A DNA stretch of 64,000 bases from Azolla caroliniana (lineage: Eukaryota; Plantae; Polypodiophyta), in contig JBHGNT010000006.1 in the NCBI GenBank assembly GCA_043228905.1, positions 2,852,001 through 2,916,000 of the forward strand. The letters are read 5' to 3'. Shown here piece by piece: positions 1-10,929 of the stretch (within the stretch, counting starts at the first letter, position 1; each line of letters opens with the position of its first letter). The position numbers and the translations under genes are program-made. The notes under the pieces were generated by a model. It saw only the letters and a list, made by a program, of their open reading frames with translations. It had not been told where the DNA came from and made no database searches.

Positions 1-416
1 CCCGACGAAAATGGTCGCAGAGCGCTTGGCCATCCCACTGAACATCTCAATGCTAATTGTCTAAATTCAGAGGCATAAAAGGATACCGAACGCATACCTT
101 GATGTAATGAATAGAGTTTGGTAATGGCAGTTCGGCATCGGTCTATATCCCCAAATGTTGCCTAGAACTCTGCCAGGAAGGCAAGAAAATTTTGTAGAAG
201 TGATGATGAAGTTTCGACCAACAGTGCAAACCAGGCTTGTGCAGCTCTTGAGAGAAGGGTCCCGATAAGACCAACTTGACGAAAATCATTCGCATACCGT
301 TGAGGCTGTAGTTGGATAATAAGTTTGATTTGATTTATGAATCCTCGGGAGTGCTTCCTCGTGCCATCGAACTTGTCAAATAAACCAAACTTGGGCTCCA
401 TACTTGTAGTGGGATG
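1..416 (-). mobile_element. Older Tcn1-like Ty3/gypsy element, downstream part of gag (continues beyond window start)
   Basis: Translation MEPKFGLFDKFDGTRKHSRGFINQIKLIIQLQPQRY...GTLLSRAAQAWF is homologous to the intact gag at 9715-10842 (EPKISLPAKFDGTRSLFRGFLNQVRL). Stop codon at 162-164. Its 5' part lies at 11326-11976. Confidence 0.85.
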
Positions 417-931
417 TGTAAAGAATAGCGCGGAATATTGCTCGGCCACAACCGAGTCTTGAAACACTTCGTTTAAGGATCAAACATAAAAAATGAGAAT
501 AGAGATGAATACACGTACACCAAAAGAGAGTAAACAAGATGTTCACCTGGAAAACCCTAAATGGGAAAAACCACGGGAGCCCACAGACTCCGAACAAACA
601 CTATATGAGAAAGGTACAGTCAGAGACTCAGAGGCAATGGCCTCGAGCTCTGTTTCTTCGCCAATCGGCGGTTACAATAGAATATCACTCTGTATCACCT
701 CTCTCGCTCTCTCTACAACATTTATACACATACCACAATATGACAACATCTGTACACACAAAGTGTTTGCCCTAAGTCATATTTATACTTATATGAACTT
801 AGGGCTATTTACAAATATAGCCTCAATAGGCTTACTCAAAACATATTCACAAATATGTCTTCTCTTCCGGTTCTCACCGGGTCCTCTTCATTCAACACCG
901 GATCCCATCCAGAGGGACCGATTTCCCAACA
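417..931 (-). repeat. 3' LTR of copia element (515 bp)
   Basis: TGTAAAG...CCCAACA ends; direct repeat of 5021-5523; adjacent PPT at 932-941 (AGGGGGAGAA on the minus strand). Confidence 0.95.
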
Positions 932-941
932 TTCTCCCCCT

Positions 942-3900
942 TCACTCCGGCATGGGATGTCTCGCCAGCCTGATCCACTTTCGGCATGCATCCAGCTTGT
1001 CGGTTGTCAACACCTTGGTCAGCATATCCGACCCGTTCTCCTTTGTGTGGATCTTCATCAGCACGAACTCTTGATCTTCTACTCTCTCTCGGATCCAGTG
1101 GTACCTCCGCTGGATATGTTTCTTCTGGGAATAGTAGGCCGCGTTCTTTGCAATGTGGATGGTACTTTGACTGTCACAGTAGAGCCGGTATTCCTCCTGT
1201 TGGATCCCTAGTTCTCTAATGAAGTCCTTCATCCAAATTATCTCCTTGTCGGCTTCTACTGTTGTTATGTACTCCGCCTCCGTGGTTGACAACGCAACCG
1301 TCTTCTGCAGCCTCGACTGCCCTGATACACCCCTGCATAAGTCATGACATATCCGAATGTAGACCGGCTGGTATCCGCATCAGCCGACATATCCGAATCC
1401 GTGAATCTGTGAATCCTTCAAGTTGGGGATAACCAAAGCCAAACCAGAGACACATACTCGCGGTGCCTTTCAAATACCAGAGTATCCACTTGACCGCGTT
1501 CCAGTGCTCTTTTTTCCGGGATTGCTTATGAACCGGCTTACCACTCCGATTACATATTCGATATTCGGCCGGGTACATACCATCATGTATATCAAGCTTC
1601 TGACGGTAGAGGCATATGATATCTTCATCATATCCGTCTTCTCTGATCATAACTCTAATAGTTGGTATCATTCATAGTCATGAAATAGGTGAACAAGACA
1701 ACCTACCTATTGTGATGTGTCTTCGGGCTCTGCTTTCCGGACAACTTGCAATTTGCCGGAATTGTCGATCCAACCGTTGAAGCACCTTTGTCACGTACTT
1801 CTCCTATGACAACCACAACAGCTTCTTCAACCGGTCCCGGATGATGTGCATTCCCAATATCTGTCTTGCTGAACCCAAGTCTTTCATTGAGAAGGTCCGG
1901 TTCAGAGCCTCCTTCAGCATCCGAATCTTGCCTTGGTCTCTCGTCCACATATAGGAGGAGTATTAGGAAATCTCTTCCGTCAAATTTCTTCACAAACACG
2001 CAGTGATCGACTTGCGTATTGTGGTACCCTTGGTCAGTCATGAAGGAGTCGAACTTCTGGTACCATTGGTGGAGGGCTTGCTTCAATCCGTATAAGCTCT
2101 TCTTCAGCCGGCACACCAGGTGCTCCTTCCCTTTCTTCTCAAATCCTTCCGGTTGATGCATGTAGATCTCTTCTTCGAGGTCACCATGTAGGAACACCAT
2201 CATGACGTCCAGTTACTCTACCTCGAGGTCCATGCTTGTCGCTATTCCCAATACCGTCCAAATGGATGTCATCTTTACTACCGGGGCTAAGATCTCATCG
2301 AAATCCACTCCTTTCTTCTACTAGAACCCCTTCACCACAATCTGGGCTTTGTATCTCGTTGGGTTTCCGACATCTCCCAGTTTCAACTTGTACACCCACT
2401 TGTTCCGAAGTGCTCTCTTCCCTTTCAACAACTTCGTCAGTTCATACGTGTGGTTCTCATGTAGGGAATCCATCTCATCCTACATGGCACTCAACCACTT
2501 GCGGTTGTGGGTGTCTCTCTTTGCTTCTTCGAAGCTTTCCGTCTCCCCCTCATCGGTTAGCGACACATGATCTGCATCCGGAAATCTCCGGGGGGCTCTT
2601 CTCTCTCGAAGAGGATATCTTCGTCCCTGGTTTCTGACTACCGGTTCCTCCGTTTATTCCGAATCCGAATGTGATTCAGGATCTTGTCCGGTTCCGGTGT
2701 CTTCTTCTTCTTCTTCTTCTTCTTCTTCTTCGGTCGGTCCAGTTTCTTGTCTGTATCCGGCCGGTCGTTGAGTGTCATCCGGTTTCCGGCTAACATCTGG
2801 TTTTTAACCGGGTATGCCCTTGTGTCCTCAAGCCGGTTTTCATTGGATGATCCGAGTTCATCACCTTAGTCTCCGACTCCCAGTCGGCAATGGTCTTGTC
2901 TTCCATGAAGACTATGTCTCGACTCCGGAACACCTTCTTGTCGACTAGATCCCACACCTGGTAACCGAACTCATCATCGCCGTATCCAAGGAATATGTAT
3001 GACCGGGACTTCGGATCCAGCTTTTCTCTCTTGTCCTTTGCCACATGCACATATGTGAGACACCCGAACACCTTCAGATGCCAATAAGATACATCTTTAC
3101 CGGTCCAAACTTTCTGAGGTGAGTCTCCGTCCAAGGGGACTGAGGGCGATCAGTTTATCACATAGGTCGCCATCGTCAGCGCCTCAGCCCAAAACGTCTT
3201 GGGTTACTTGGCATGTGCGAGCATGCTCCGGACTCTTGCCATTATGGTTCGGTTCATCCTTTCGGCCTGCCCGTTTAGTTTCGGCGTCTTCGGCACGGTG
3301 AATTCGAGCCGGATTCCCTTCGACCGGCAGTATTCCTCGAATTTCCCCTGGTATTCTCCTCCGTTGTCCACTCGAACCGCCTTCGGCTTCCGGCCAGTTT
3401 CTCTTTCCACTTTCGCATGGAGCTCCTTGAAGACAGATAGCACCTGATCCTTCGTCTTCAACGGTGAGACCCACAACTTCCGGTTGTGGTCATCTATGAA
3501 CGTCACGAAGTATTGCGATCCAGCATGTGACTTCGTGTCCACTTGACACACATTGGTATGCACCAGCTCCAGTGGTGCATTCCGTCTCATCGATGGTCTT
3601 GACCGGAAGGAGGTTCGGTTTTGCTTGCCGGCAAGACCATCGGTGCACTTCTCAAGTTGCACGTCTTTCATCGGAATGAGATTGTCTTCTGCAAGTCTCT
3701 TCATCCCCTTCTCACTTATGTGACACAGTCTTTTGTTCCACAGCTCACCGGTAGTGTCAGATGCTACGTTCACTTCTTCCCGGCATATCCGGGCATTCAT
3801 CAAGTATGGTGTGTTGGTCTTTCGGGCTCGAGCCACAATCAGGCTTCCTTTGCAGAACTTCATAACTCCGTTCCGGATGCTACCCGTGTAGCCTTCATCA

Positions 3901-4991
3901 TCTAGCCGACCGACTGATATCAGGTTCAGTCGAACCTTCAGAACGTGTCGGACATCTTTCAGAAGCAACTTTCATCCGGTTGATGTCATCAACAACACAT
4001 CTCCTATGCCGACAATTCGGCATGTACCTTCACTCCCCATCCGAACACAACCATGATCTCCGGCTATGTAGGATAAGAAGCACCTCCGGTCCGGTGTCAG
4101 GTGGAACGATGCTCCGGAATCGACAACCCACATTGTCTCGTCACCGACAAGGTCTAACTCATTCTCTTCGATAATGAGCATCAGTTCTTCTTCACTTGTC
4201 GCATTGCCGACGTTCCCTTCCTATCCGGGCCTCTCCGGTCTGAACCATTTCGGTCCGAACTCTTCTTCGAATCGGCACTGTCGGTTTCCTTCTCTTTCCG
4301 GAAATATCGACAATTCTTCTGGAAGTGTCCCAGCTTCCCGCAATAGAAGCACGTGGGTCTTCCCCTTGACTTCGACCTCATCCCCGATTTGTCCCGGTTT
4401 TGGGGACTCCGATACCGGCCTCTTCCCCGGTTGTGGTCATCTTCCGTGACCAAGTCATTCGGATCAGTTCCGGAATCACGAACCTTCCGGCGAGCTTCTT
4501 CATCTAGGAAGCTTGATTTTACCCTTGCTAGGGACAATTGCTTTCCTTCCGGCCTGGCGTTGCCCAACGTGACAACCAACGTCTCCCAGCTATCCGGGAG
4601 GGAACCGAGAAGGAGCAATGTGAGTACCTCATCGACGAGAGGTACTTCCAACGAGATTGTTTGGTGTATTAGCCCCTAGAAGGCATTCATGTGCTCTGCC
4701 ATACTGGAGTTGTCCCGGTACCGGAGCCTCACTAGATTAACAACATTCTTGTTTTGGAACATGATGTCGATCTTCTCCCAAAGTTCATGAGCCTTGCTCT
4801 CTCCATTGAAGTTGTTATACAAGCTCATGTCGATGAAGCACCGAATTTATGCCATCATCTTCATGTGCATCACCTCCCACGTGTACCGACAACCAAAGAT
4901 CTTTAACCACCAAAATATCCCTCATCTTCGATTTCCACACTGAGTAATTGGAGTCAGTGAGCTTGAACATGCCGTCGAACGGTTCTTCCAT
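942..4991 (-). pseudogene. Copia gag-pol polyprotein, disrupted by stops, frameshifts and small deletions
   Basis: Gag MEEPFDGMFKLTDSNYSVWK and CFYCGKLGHFQKNC knuckle; PR WVVDSGASFH; INT DNGGEY...AERMNRT; RT LKKSLYGLKQ/LLYVD; RH STTEAEY...HIQRRYHWIRE. Confidence 0.92.
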
Positions 4992-5005
4992 TTTCTGTGT
5001 TGTTC

Positions 5006-5017
5006 GCTCTGATACCA
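5006..5017 (-). other. Primer binding site, tRNA-iMet
   Basis: TGGTATCAGAGC on the minus strand, 3 nt from the 5' LTR end. Confidence 0.93.
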
Positions 5018-5020
5018 GAT

Positions 5021-5523
5021 TGTAAAGAATAGCGCGGAATATTGCTCGGCCACAACCAAGTCTTGAAACACTTCGTTTAAGGATCAAACATAAAAAATGA
5101 GAATAGAGATGAATACACGTACACCAAAAGAGAGTAAATAGGATGTTTACGTGGAAAACCCTAAATGGGAAAAACCACGGGAGCCCACAGACTCTAAACT
5201 AACACTATATGAGAAAGGTATTGTCAGAGACTCAGAGGCAATGGCCTCGAGCTCTGTTTCTTCGCCAATCGGTGGTTACAATAGAATATCACTCTGTATC
5301 ACCTCTCTCGCTCTCTCTACAACAATTATACACATACCACAATATGACAACATCTGTACACACAAAGTGTTTGCCCTAAGTCATATTTATACTTATATGA
5401 ACTTAGGGCTATTTACAAATATAGCCTCAATAGGCTTACTCAAAACATATTCACAAATATGTCTTCTCTTCCGGTTCTCACTAGGTCCTCTTCATTCAAC
5501 ACTGGATCCCATTTGGAGGGACC
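5021..5523 (-). repeat. 5' LTR of copia element, outer ~12 bp and TSD lost
   Basis: Matches 417-919 with scattered substitutions; similarity stops after AGGGACC. Confidence 0.9.
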
Positions 5524-5541
5524 AGGCTTTGTTGATGCAGG

Positions 5542-6090
5542 TGTCGTGACTCTTGAGTAGGAAGCAGAGAGAGAGCGATGGCGATAGAGATAACGATAAC
5601 GATAGAGATGGCGAGAGCGGTAGAGATAGCGATAGTGATAGCAAAAGAGAGTGAAAGAGGGAGAGAGTGCGAGAGAGAGAAAAGTATAAGTGAGAGATAA
5701 GAAATGGGAATGCGATTATATTATGAGAAAGAAGATTACAAGGAGTAGGCTAAGGGCTAAAGACTGGTGTTGAACCGAATGAGTTGTGATGAGTGTATGG
5801 ACTCTTATTTATAGGCCCTTATGGAGTATTCTAGAATGTTCTAGAATATTTTAGATATTTATGAATAATAATAATAATAAATATAATCATGAAATATTCA
5901 AGAACATTCTAGAATAATCTAGAATGTTCTAAATATCTCGTAATAACTAAACATATAATTATTATGATTACATCTCACATATGTTATTACAATGGTTAAA
6001 GTACAATATGTAAACCAAGAGGTTATGGGTTCGACTCCTGGTTCGCCAAGATGAATGTCATGATAAGCCAAGATGTATGTCTTCATGACA
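5542..6090 (-). repeat. 3' LTR of Tcn1-like element (549 bp)
   Basis: TGTCGTGA...TCATGACA terminal inverted repeat; followed on the + strand by the PPT complement TTATCCCCCCT. Confidence 0.95.
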
Positions 6091-9000
6091 TTATCCCCCC
6101 TTTTTGATGACGAGTTGCACGAGTCGGAAGAAAAGAGTTCAGACTTGGTTTATGAGGATATTGGTTGTGAAATGCAACAACCATGTCGGAGGCATTGGCA
6201 AGATGTTCGGCAGGCTCCCATGTTCGATCATCAGGTGTATAGCCTAACCAATCAACCAAGTAGTATAGTTTGTTGCGAATGATCTTGGAGTCGAGGATAG
6301 CGGCAACCTCATATTCAGAGCCATTGGAAACGTCAATTGGAGGTGGGGGAGGTGTAACACGACCCGGAATAGAGCTCGTTGTGTAGGGCTCCAAAAGTGA
6401 AACATGGAAGACCGGGTGAAGACGCATATGAGGAGGAAGATCAAGACGAAATGTCACATCATTGATCTTACCACTTATGACATATGGGCCAAAACGTTGA
6501 TAATCCAATTTGTAGCAAGGTCGGGTCGTTTTAATGCTACCTTGTAAAAGCCATACACGATCGCCTACTTGAAATGTAGTCGATGAATCACGCCGATGAC
6601 GGTCAGCAATCTTCTTTTGAGTGTTTTGGGCTTCACATAAATGATGCAAAAGCATATCCTGAACTTCTTGGAGTCGAGTGAGCCGATCTTCAGCAGCTGG
6701 GTTTTTTGGGAGTTCAGGATGTTCAAGCATCGTCCAACGAGGATGGTACCCAATGTTTGCAAAAAATGGGGAATATCCAGTAGAAGAATGCTCGGAGTTG
6801 TTATAAGCAAATTCTGCCAAAGGTAGTAAATCCACCCAATCATCTTGTTGATAGTTGACAAAACAACGTAGATATTGCTCGACTGTTTGGTTGGTGCGCT
6901 CACTCTGCCCATTAGTCTCTGGATGGTAGCCGGAAGAGAGTTTACAAGAAGTATGTAAGAGTTTGAACATGTGCCGCCAAAATTTCGAGATGAATTGGGG
7001 ACCCCGATCACTGATAATATCATCCGGAAGACCATGATGGCGAAACACCTCCCGCAAGAGTAAATCAGCTGTCTCTTGACTAGTAATGGTCTTTGTGCAT
7101 GGAAGGAAATGTGCCATCTTCGTAAAACGATCGACAACCGTGAGAATCGAATCAAATCCCTTGGAAGGTGGAAGATCCGTAATAAAGTCCAAGGAAATAG
7201 ATTTCCATGGGCTCTCCGGAATAGGCATTGGCTGTAATAAGCCATATGGATGATGTCGAGGCTTTTTTGATCGGCAACATGTATCACAGCTACGAACATA
7301 ATCCGTAACAAAATGGCGAAGCCGTGGCCACCAATATCGGCGAGAAATCAACTCAAAAGTCTTGTGGATGCCGAAGTGTCCCGCCATTGGTGTGTCATGA
7401 CATTGTTGCATGACTTTGAGTCGAGAAGGACCGTCAGGCACATACAAGAGAGTTTGTCGAAAAAGTAACCCATCATGCCAACTAAACTGGGTGTAGTCTA
7501 GACGAGGATTTTGAGTTTGGGAGCTAGATGCACGATTTGGGATAATATGGCTCAAAACCTCTTGGGCGAACGCATCAGTCGCAATCTGCTCACGAATGGA
7601 ATCAAGAAGCCTTGAATCTCCCGGTGTGTTGATGGTATGCATTGCCATTATTCGTAGACGATCAGGACCTAAGAGGATTTGCTTTTGGCTTTCAAATGCG
7701 GCCTCTCCAGGTTGAAGTTCCATATACGAACGTCTAGATAAAGCATCTGCTTTTCCTTGTTGCATCCCAGGGCGATATAGAATTACAAAATCGAAACGAG
7801 TTAAGAACTGCGCCCAACGAGCTTGTCGTCGATTCAAGACTCGAGCACTTTGAAAGTATGTTAGATTTTTATGATCATTGTAGACAATAATCTGCTGAGA
7901 AGAACCCTCCAGAAAATGACGCCATTGTTGAAAAGAATCCACAATGGCAAGAAGCTCTTTGTCGTGAATCTCATAGTTGATTTCTGCGGCTTCAAATTTT
8001 CGTGAGTGAAAAGCCACCGGGTGCAGTTCACCATCATCACCAATTTGGGATAGTACACTTCCGAGTGCGAAATCCGATGCATCAGCTTCAAGTATAAAGC
8101 GCCTCATTGGATCGACATGGATTAAGATTGGTGCGGATGTAAATGCTTGCTTTAAACCCTCAAATGCAGAGTTCGCATCTATACTCCATACAAATGATCG
8201 ATTCTTGTGCGTCAGTTGAGTGAGGGGCAACACAATTTTTGAATAATCTTTGATGAACTTGCGATAAAAGTTTGCGAACCCCAAAAAACATTGCACATCT
8301 CGCACGGACTGTGGTGTTTGCCAATCCAAAATTGTTTGAACCTTTGATGGATCCATAGAGATGCCATTTGAAGAGACTATGTACCCCAAAAACTCCACTT
8401 GACATTGGTCGAAACTACACTTCTCCAATTTTGCATAGAGACCATACTCTCGTAGCCGTTGCAAAACTTGGCGAACATGTATATCATGTTCTTCTTGAGT
8501 TTTTGAGTAGATCAAGATATCATCCAGGTAAACAATGATGAAGATATCGAGGAAGTCTCGAAAAATATCATTCGCCATATGTTGGAAGACTGCTGGTGCA
8601 TTCGTGAGGCCAAAAGGCATCACTGTGTACTCAAAATGACCATAGCGAGTGCGGAACGCCGTCTTCCATTCATCCCCAGGACGAATTCGAACAAGGTTGT
8701 AGGCACCTTGAAGATCTAACTTCGTGAAATACTTTGCTTCACTGAGGCGTTCTAGAAGGCTTGAGATCAATGGGAGAGCATATCGGTTTCTAACGGTCAC
8801 TTTATTCAAGCCTCGATAATCCACGACCATACGAAGCGTACCATCTTTCTTCTTAACGAAAAAGATGGGTGCACCAGCAGGAGATTTTGAATGTTGGATA
8901 AAACCATTTGCCAAGTTCTCATTGATATATTCTCGAAGAACCTCTAACTCCGTGGGCGAAAGATTATAAATTGGTCCCCATGGAGGCTCTTTTCCTGGCT

Positions 9001-9688
9001 GCAAATCAATTGGGCAATCATATGGTCGATGCTCTGGTAGTCTATTAGCCTTCACCTTATCGAACACATCGGAGAATTCTATGTACTTCTTTGGTAGTTG
9101 GACCCCCAATTCTTGTGAGCTAGATGAGGGAGTTGCTAAAACCGCAAATACCATCATGTCTTCCTTTCTTCCATCCTCTCGTAATTGATGTATAGAGATT
9201 GTTGAAATTGTGGGGGATCCTAGATCCTTAGTTGGAGCTTCAAGAGACTTGGATTGTACGGTGACCTCTTCAATAGTTCTTTTTCTCCAATCAATGGTTG
9301 GGTTATGTAACTCAAACCAAGGAAGACCAAGAACTAGAGAGTGCTCCGGACTACTAATGATGTTAAATGAGATGACACTAGCCAAATTACCTAGGACTAC
9401 ACGAATTGGTTCAGACTCTTCGACTATATCTCCTGATGCTATAGGGCGACCATCGATGACTCCTACAGCTACTGGGTTTGGGAGTTTTTTCAAGATGATG
9501 TTTTGAGTCAATGCAAACTCGCGATCCATGAAACAAGAATTGGCTCCGGAATCTAGGAGGGCAGAGGCTAGGGCGCGATGACCTGTAGATGTGCTAAGCT
9601 CGACTTGTGCAGAAAAAACTCTACTAACTTGATTTGATGAAATGGAACCACAACTAGGTACTGACTCTACATAACTAGGATGGTCCAA
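6083..9688 (-). CDS. pol: Pol polyprotein (PR-RT-RNaseH-INT-chromodomain), probably entered by -1 frameshift near 9721-9727
   Basis: 1201-aa ORF: LLDSGA protease, YLDD RT, EADASD...DHKNL RNaseH, HHCC and SDRG...E integrase, GPY/F motif, chromodomain EYEVAAIL...YLVDWLGY...TWEP. The stop lies inside the 3' LTR. Confidence 0.96.
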   Translation of the reverse strand: MDHPSYVESVPSCGSISSNQVSRVFSAQVELSTSTGHRALASALLDSGANSCFMDREFALTQNIILKKLPNPVAVGVIDGRPIASGDIVEESEPIRVVLGNLASVISFNIISSPEHSLVLGLPWFELHNPTIDWRKRTIEEVTVQSKSLEAPTKDLGSPTISTISIHQLREDGRKEDMMVFAVLATPSSSSQELGVQLPKKYIEFSDVFDKVKANRLPEHRPYDCPIDLQPGKEPPWGPIYNLSPTELEVLREYINENLANGFIQHSKSPAGAPIFFVKKKDGTLRMVVDYRGLNKVTVRNRYALPLISSLLERLSEAKYFTKLDLQGAYNLVRIRPGDEWKTAFRTRYGHFEYTVMPFGLTNAPAVFQHMANDIFRDFLDIFIIVYLDDILIYSKTQEEHDIHVRQVLQRLREYGLYAKLEKCSFDQCQVEFLGYIVSSNGISMDPSKVQTILDWQTPQSVRDVQCFLGFANFYRKFIKDYSKIVLPLTQLTHKNRSFVWSIDANSAFEGLKQAFTSAPILIHVDPMRRFILEADASDFALGSVLSQIGDDGELHPVAFHSRKFEAAEINYEIHDKELLAIVDSFQQWRHFLEGSSQQIIVYNDHKNLTYFQSARVLNRRQARWAQFLTRFDFVILYRPGMQQGKADALSRRSYMELQPGEAAFESQKQILLGPDRLRIMAMHTINTPGDSRLLDSIREQIATDAFAQEVLSHIIPNRASSSQTQNPRLDYTQFSWHDGLLFRQTLLYVPDGPSRLKVMQQCHDTPMAGHFGIHKTFELISRRYWWPRLRHFVTDYVRSCDTCCRSKKPRHHPYGLLQPMPIPESPWKSISLDFITDLPPSKGFDSILTVVDRFTKMAHFLPCTKTITSQETADLLLREVFRHHGLPDDIISDRGPQFISKFWRHMFKLLHTSCKLSSGYHPETNGQSERTNQTVEQYLRCFVNYQQDDWVDLLPLAEFAYNNSEHSSTGYSPFFANIGYHPRWTMLEHPELPKNPAAEDRLTRLQEVQDMLLHHLCEAQNTQKKIADRHRRDSSTTFQVGDRVWLLQGSIKTTRPCYKLDYQRFGPYVISGKINDVTFRLDLPPHMRLHPVFHVSLLEPYTTSSIPGRVTPPPPPIDVSNGSEYEVAAILDSKIIRNKLYYLVDWLGYTPDDRTWEPAEHLANASDMVVAFHNQYPHKPSLNSFLPTRATRHQKGGIMS

Positions 9689-9727
9689 CCAAATGGCTCC
9701 TATTTTGGCCGGACTTATTCGTTTAAC
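9676..9727 (-). promoter_or_regulatory. Putative -1 ribosomal frameshift signal (G_UUA_AAC plus stem/pseudoknot)
   Basis: Heptamer 9727-9721, 6-nt spacer, 11-bp stem GUCCGGCCAAA/UUUGGUUGGAC; loop UAGGA can pair with downstream UCCUA; pol is in the -1 frame relative to gag. Confidence 0.75.
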
Positions 9728-10842
9728 ACATCCTCTAATTGGCTCAAGACATCAAATCTATTCTCATGGCATGGGCTATTAGGCTTAGTACTTAAGTTAT
9801 TAGACGTGATAGTAGAACTTGATGTAGGGTTGTCATGTGCACTTACTTGGTAAACTTGACGCCTGGGTTTATGTGGACAATTCACAGCTATATGTCCTGG
9901 ACCACCACAGTAGAGGCATAGGCGATGCGCCCGACGTCGTTGTTTCTCAGCATCTGATAAGGGCCCTCGACGTTGTGTCGACTCTATTTCCATCGGAGTG
10001 GGACCATCCCTCGTAACGGGTCTAGAACCTTGTGGCGGTGTGGCGACTATAGAAGCGTATGTCTGTTCCGGTTGGCGGCGTAACATTTGTTGACGTTCAG
10101 AACGTCGCTCAAATAGGCGATTATCACATCGCACAGCTCGGCTAATAGCTTCAGTAAGAGACTTTGGATCTTCATGGAAAGTAAGAAGAAGATCTTTGAC
10201 ATCGTTACGCAAACCCTGACGGAATTGATCCATTAAGGCTGCCTCATCCCAAGGGATGTCGCATGCCAAGAGACGGAAATCTGCGGCATAAGCTGAAGCG
10301 GGACGATCTCCTTGTCGGAGTCTTCGAATCTTGTTTATTGCAGTCCTAGTGCTATCCGTATCTCCAAAACTAGCTTGAAACTCCTTAACGAATTCCTCGA
10401 AATCCTCCAGTAATGGTGATTTCTTCTCAAGAAGTGGTGCAAACCATGCTAACGCTGTACCGCTTAGCAAGGTTCCTATTAATCCCACACAGGCAGCATC
10501 AGTTGGATACCGATTGGGATGTAACTGAATCACCAAACGAACTTGATTCAGGAAACCTCGAAAGAGAGATCTGGTACCATCAAACTTGGCAGGGAGGCTA
10601 ATCTTTGGTTCCCTTGGGGAGTTTTGAACCCCCGCCGCTTGTTCTCGTAATGTTAATATAGTAGCCTCAAGTTGATGAACCCGTTGTGATAACTCCTCAT
10701 ATTGATGAGCTTTCTCAGTACTGACTTGTTGAAGATCCCCGAGTAGCCTTTGATTTTCTTGCTCTAATGCCACAAACTTAGTGGTGAGCATATCGAGCTC
10801 CGAAAGGACACGCATATACTCTTGCTTGCTGACCGACTCCAT
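9715..10842 (-). CDS. gag: Gag protein (coiled coil, retrotransposon gag domain, CCHC knuckle)
   Basis: 375-aa ATG-initiated ORF with FDG...FL, LRQG..SASAY...F, PTPMEI and CLYCGGPGHIAVNC motifs typical of Tf1/sushi/Tcn1-group gag. Confidence 0.95.
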   Translation of the reverse strand: MESVSKQEYMRVLSELDMLTTKFVALEQENQRLLGDLQQVSTEKAHQYEELSQRVHQLEATILTLREQAAGVQNSPREPKISLPAKFDGTRSLFRGFLNQVRLVIQLHPNRYPTDAACVGLIGTLLSGTALAWFAPLLEKKSPLLEDFEEFVKEFQASFGDTDSTRTAINKIRRLRQGDRPASAYAADFRLLACDIPWDEAALMDQFRQGLRNDVKDLLLTFHEDPKSLTEAISRAVRCDNRLFERRSERQQMLRRQPEQTYASIVATPPQGSRPVTRDGPTPMEIESTQRRGPLSDAEKQRRRAHRLCLYCGGPGHIAVNCPHKPRRQVYQVSAHDNPTSSSTITSNNLSTKPNSPCHENRFDVLSQLEDVLNE

Positions 10843-10914
10843 AACCGCGGGGGAAAAAGAAAGAAGGATAAAGAAGAAAGCTTGCTAGGGTTATTGGAGA
10901 AAGGGAAAAGAAAT

Positions 10915-10925
10915 ATTCGGTTCAA
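10915..10925 (-). other. Self-priming PBS (TTGAACCGAAT)
   Basis: Perfect 11-nt complement of ATTCGGTTCAA at 11015-11005, about 30 nt downstream of TATAAATA (11048-11041). No TGG-type tRNA PBS is present. Confidence 0.85.
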
Positions 10926-10929
10926 ACCG

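Larger units (their letters stand above)
417..5523 (-). mobile_element. Ty1/copia LTR retrotransposon (Tnt1/Tork-like), near full length, degenerate
   Basis: Paired LTRs 417-931 and 5021-5523, tRNA-iMet PBS, PPT, and gag-PR-INT-RT-RH order. Inserted into the gag of the older gypsy element. Confidence 0.95.

Noticed and set aside
493-1074. 193-aa ORF (and its copy at 5151-5549) as a protein-coding gene
   Set aside because: Antisense read-through of the copia LTR and RNase H; no recognisable domain.
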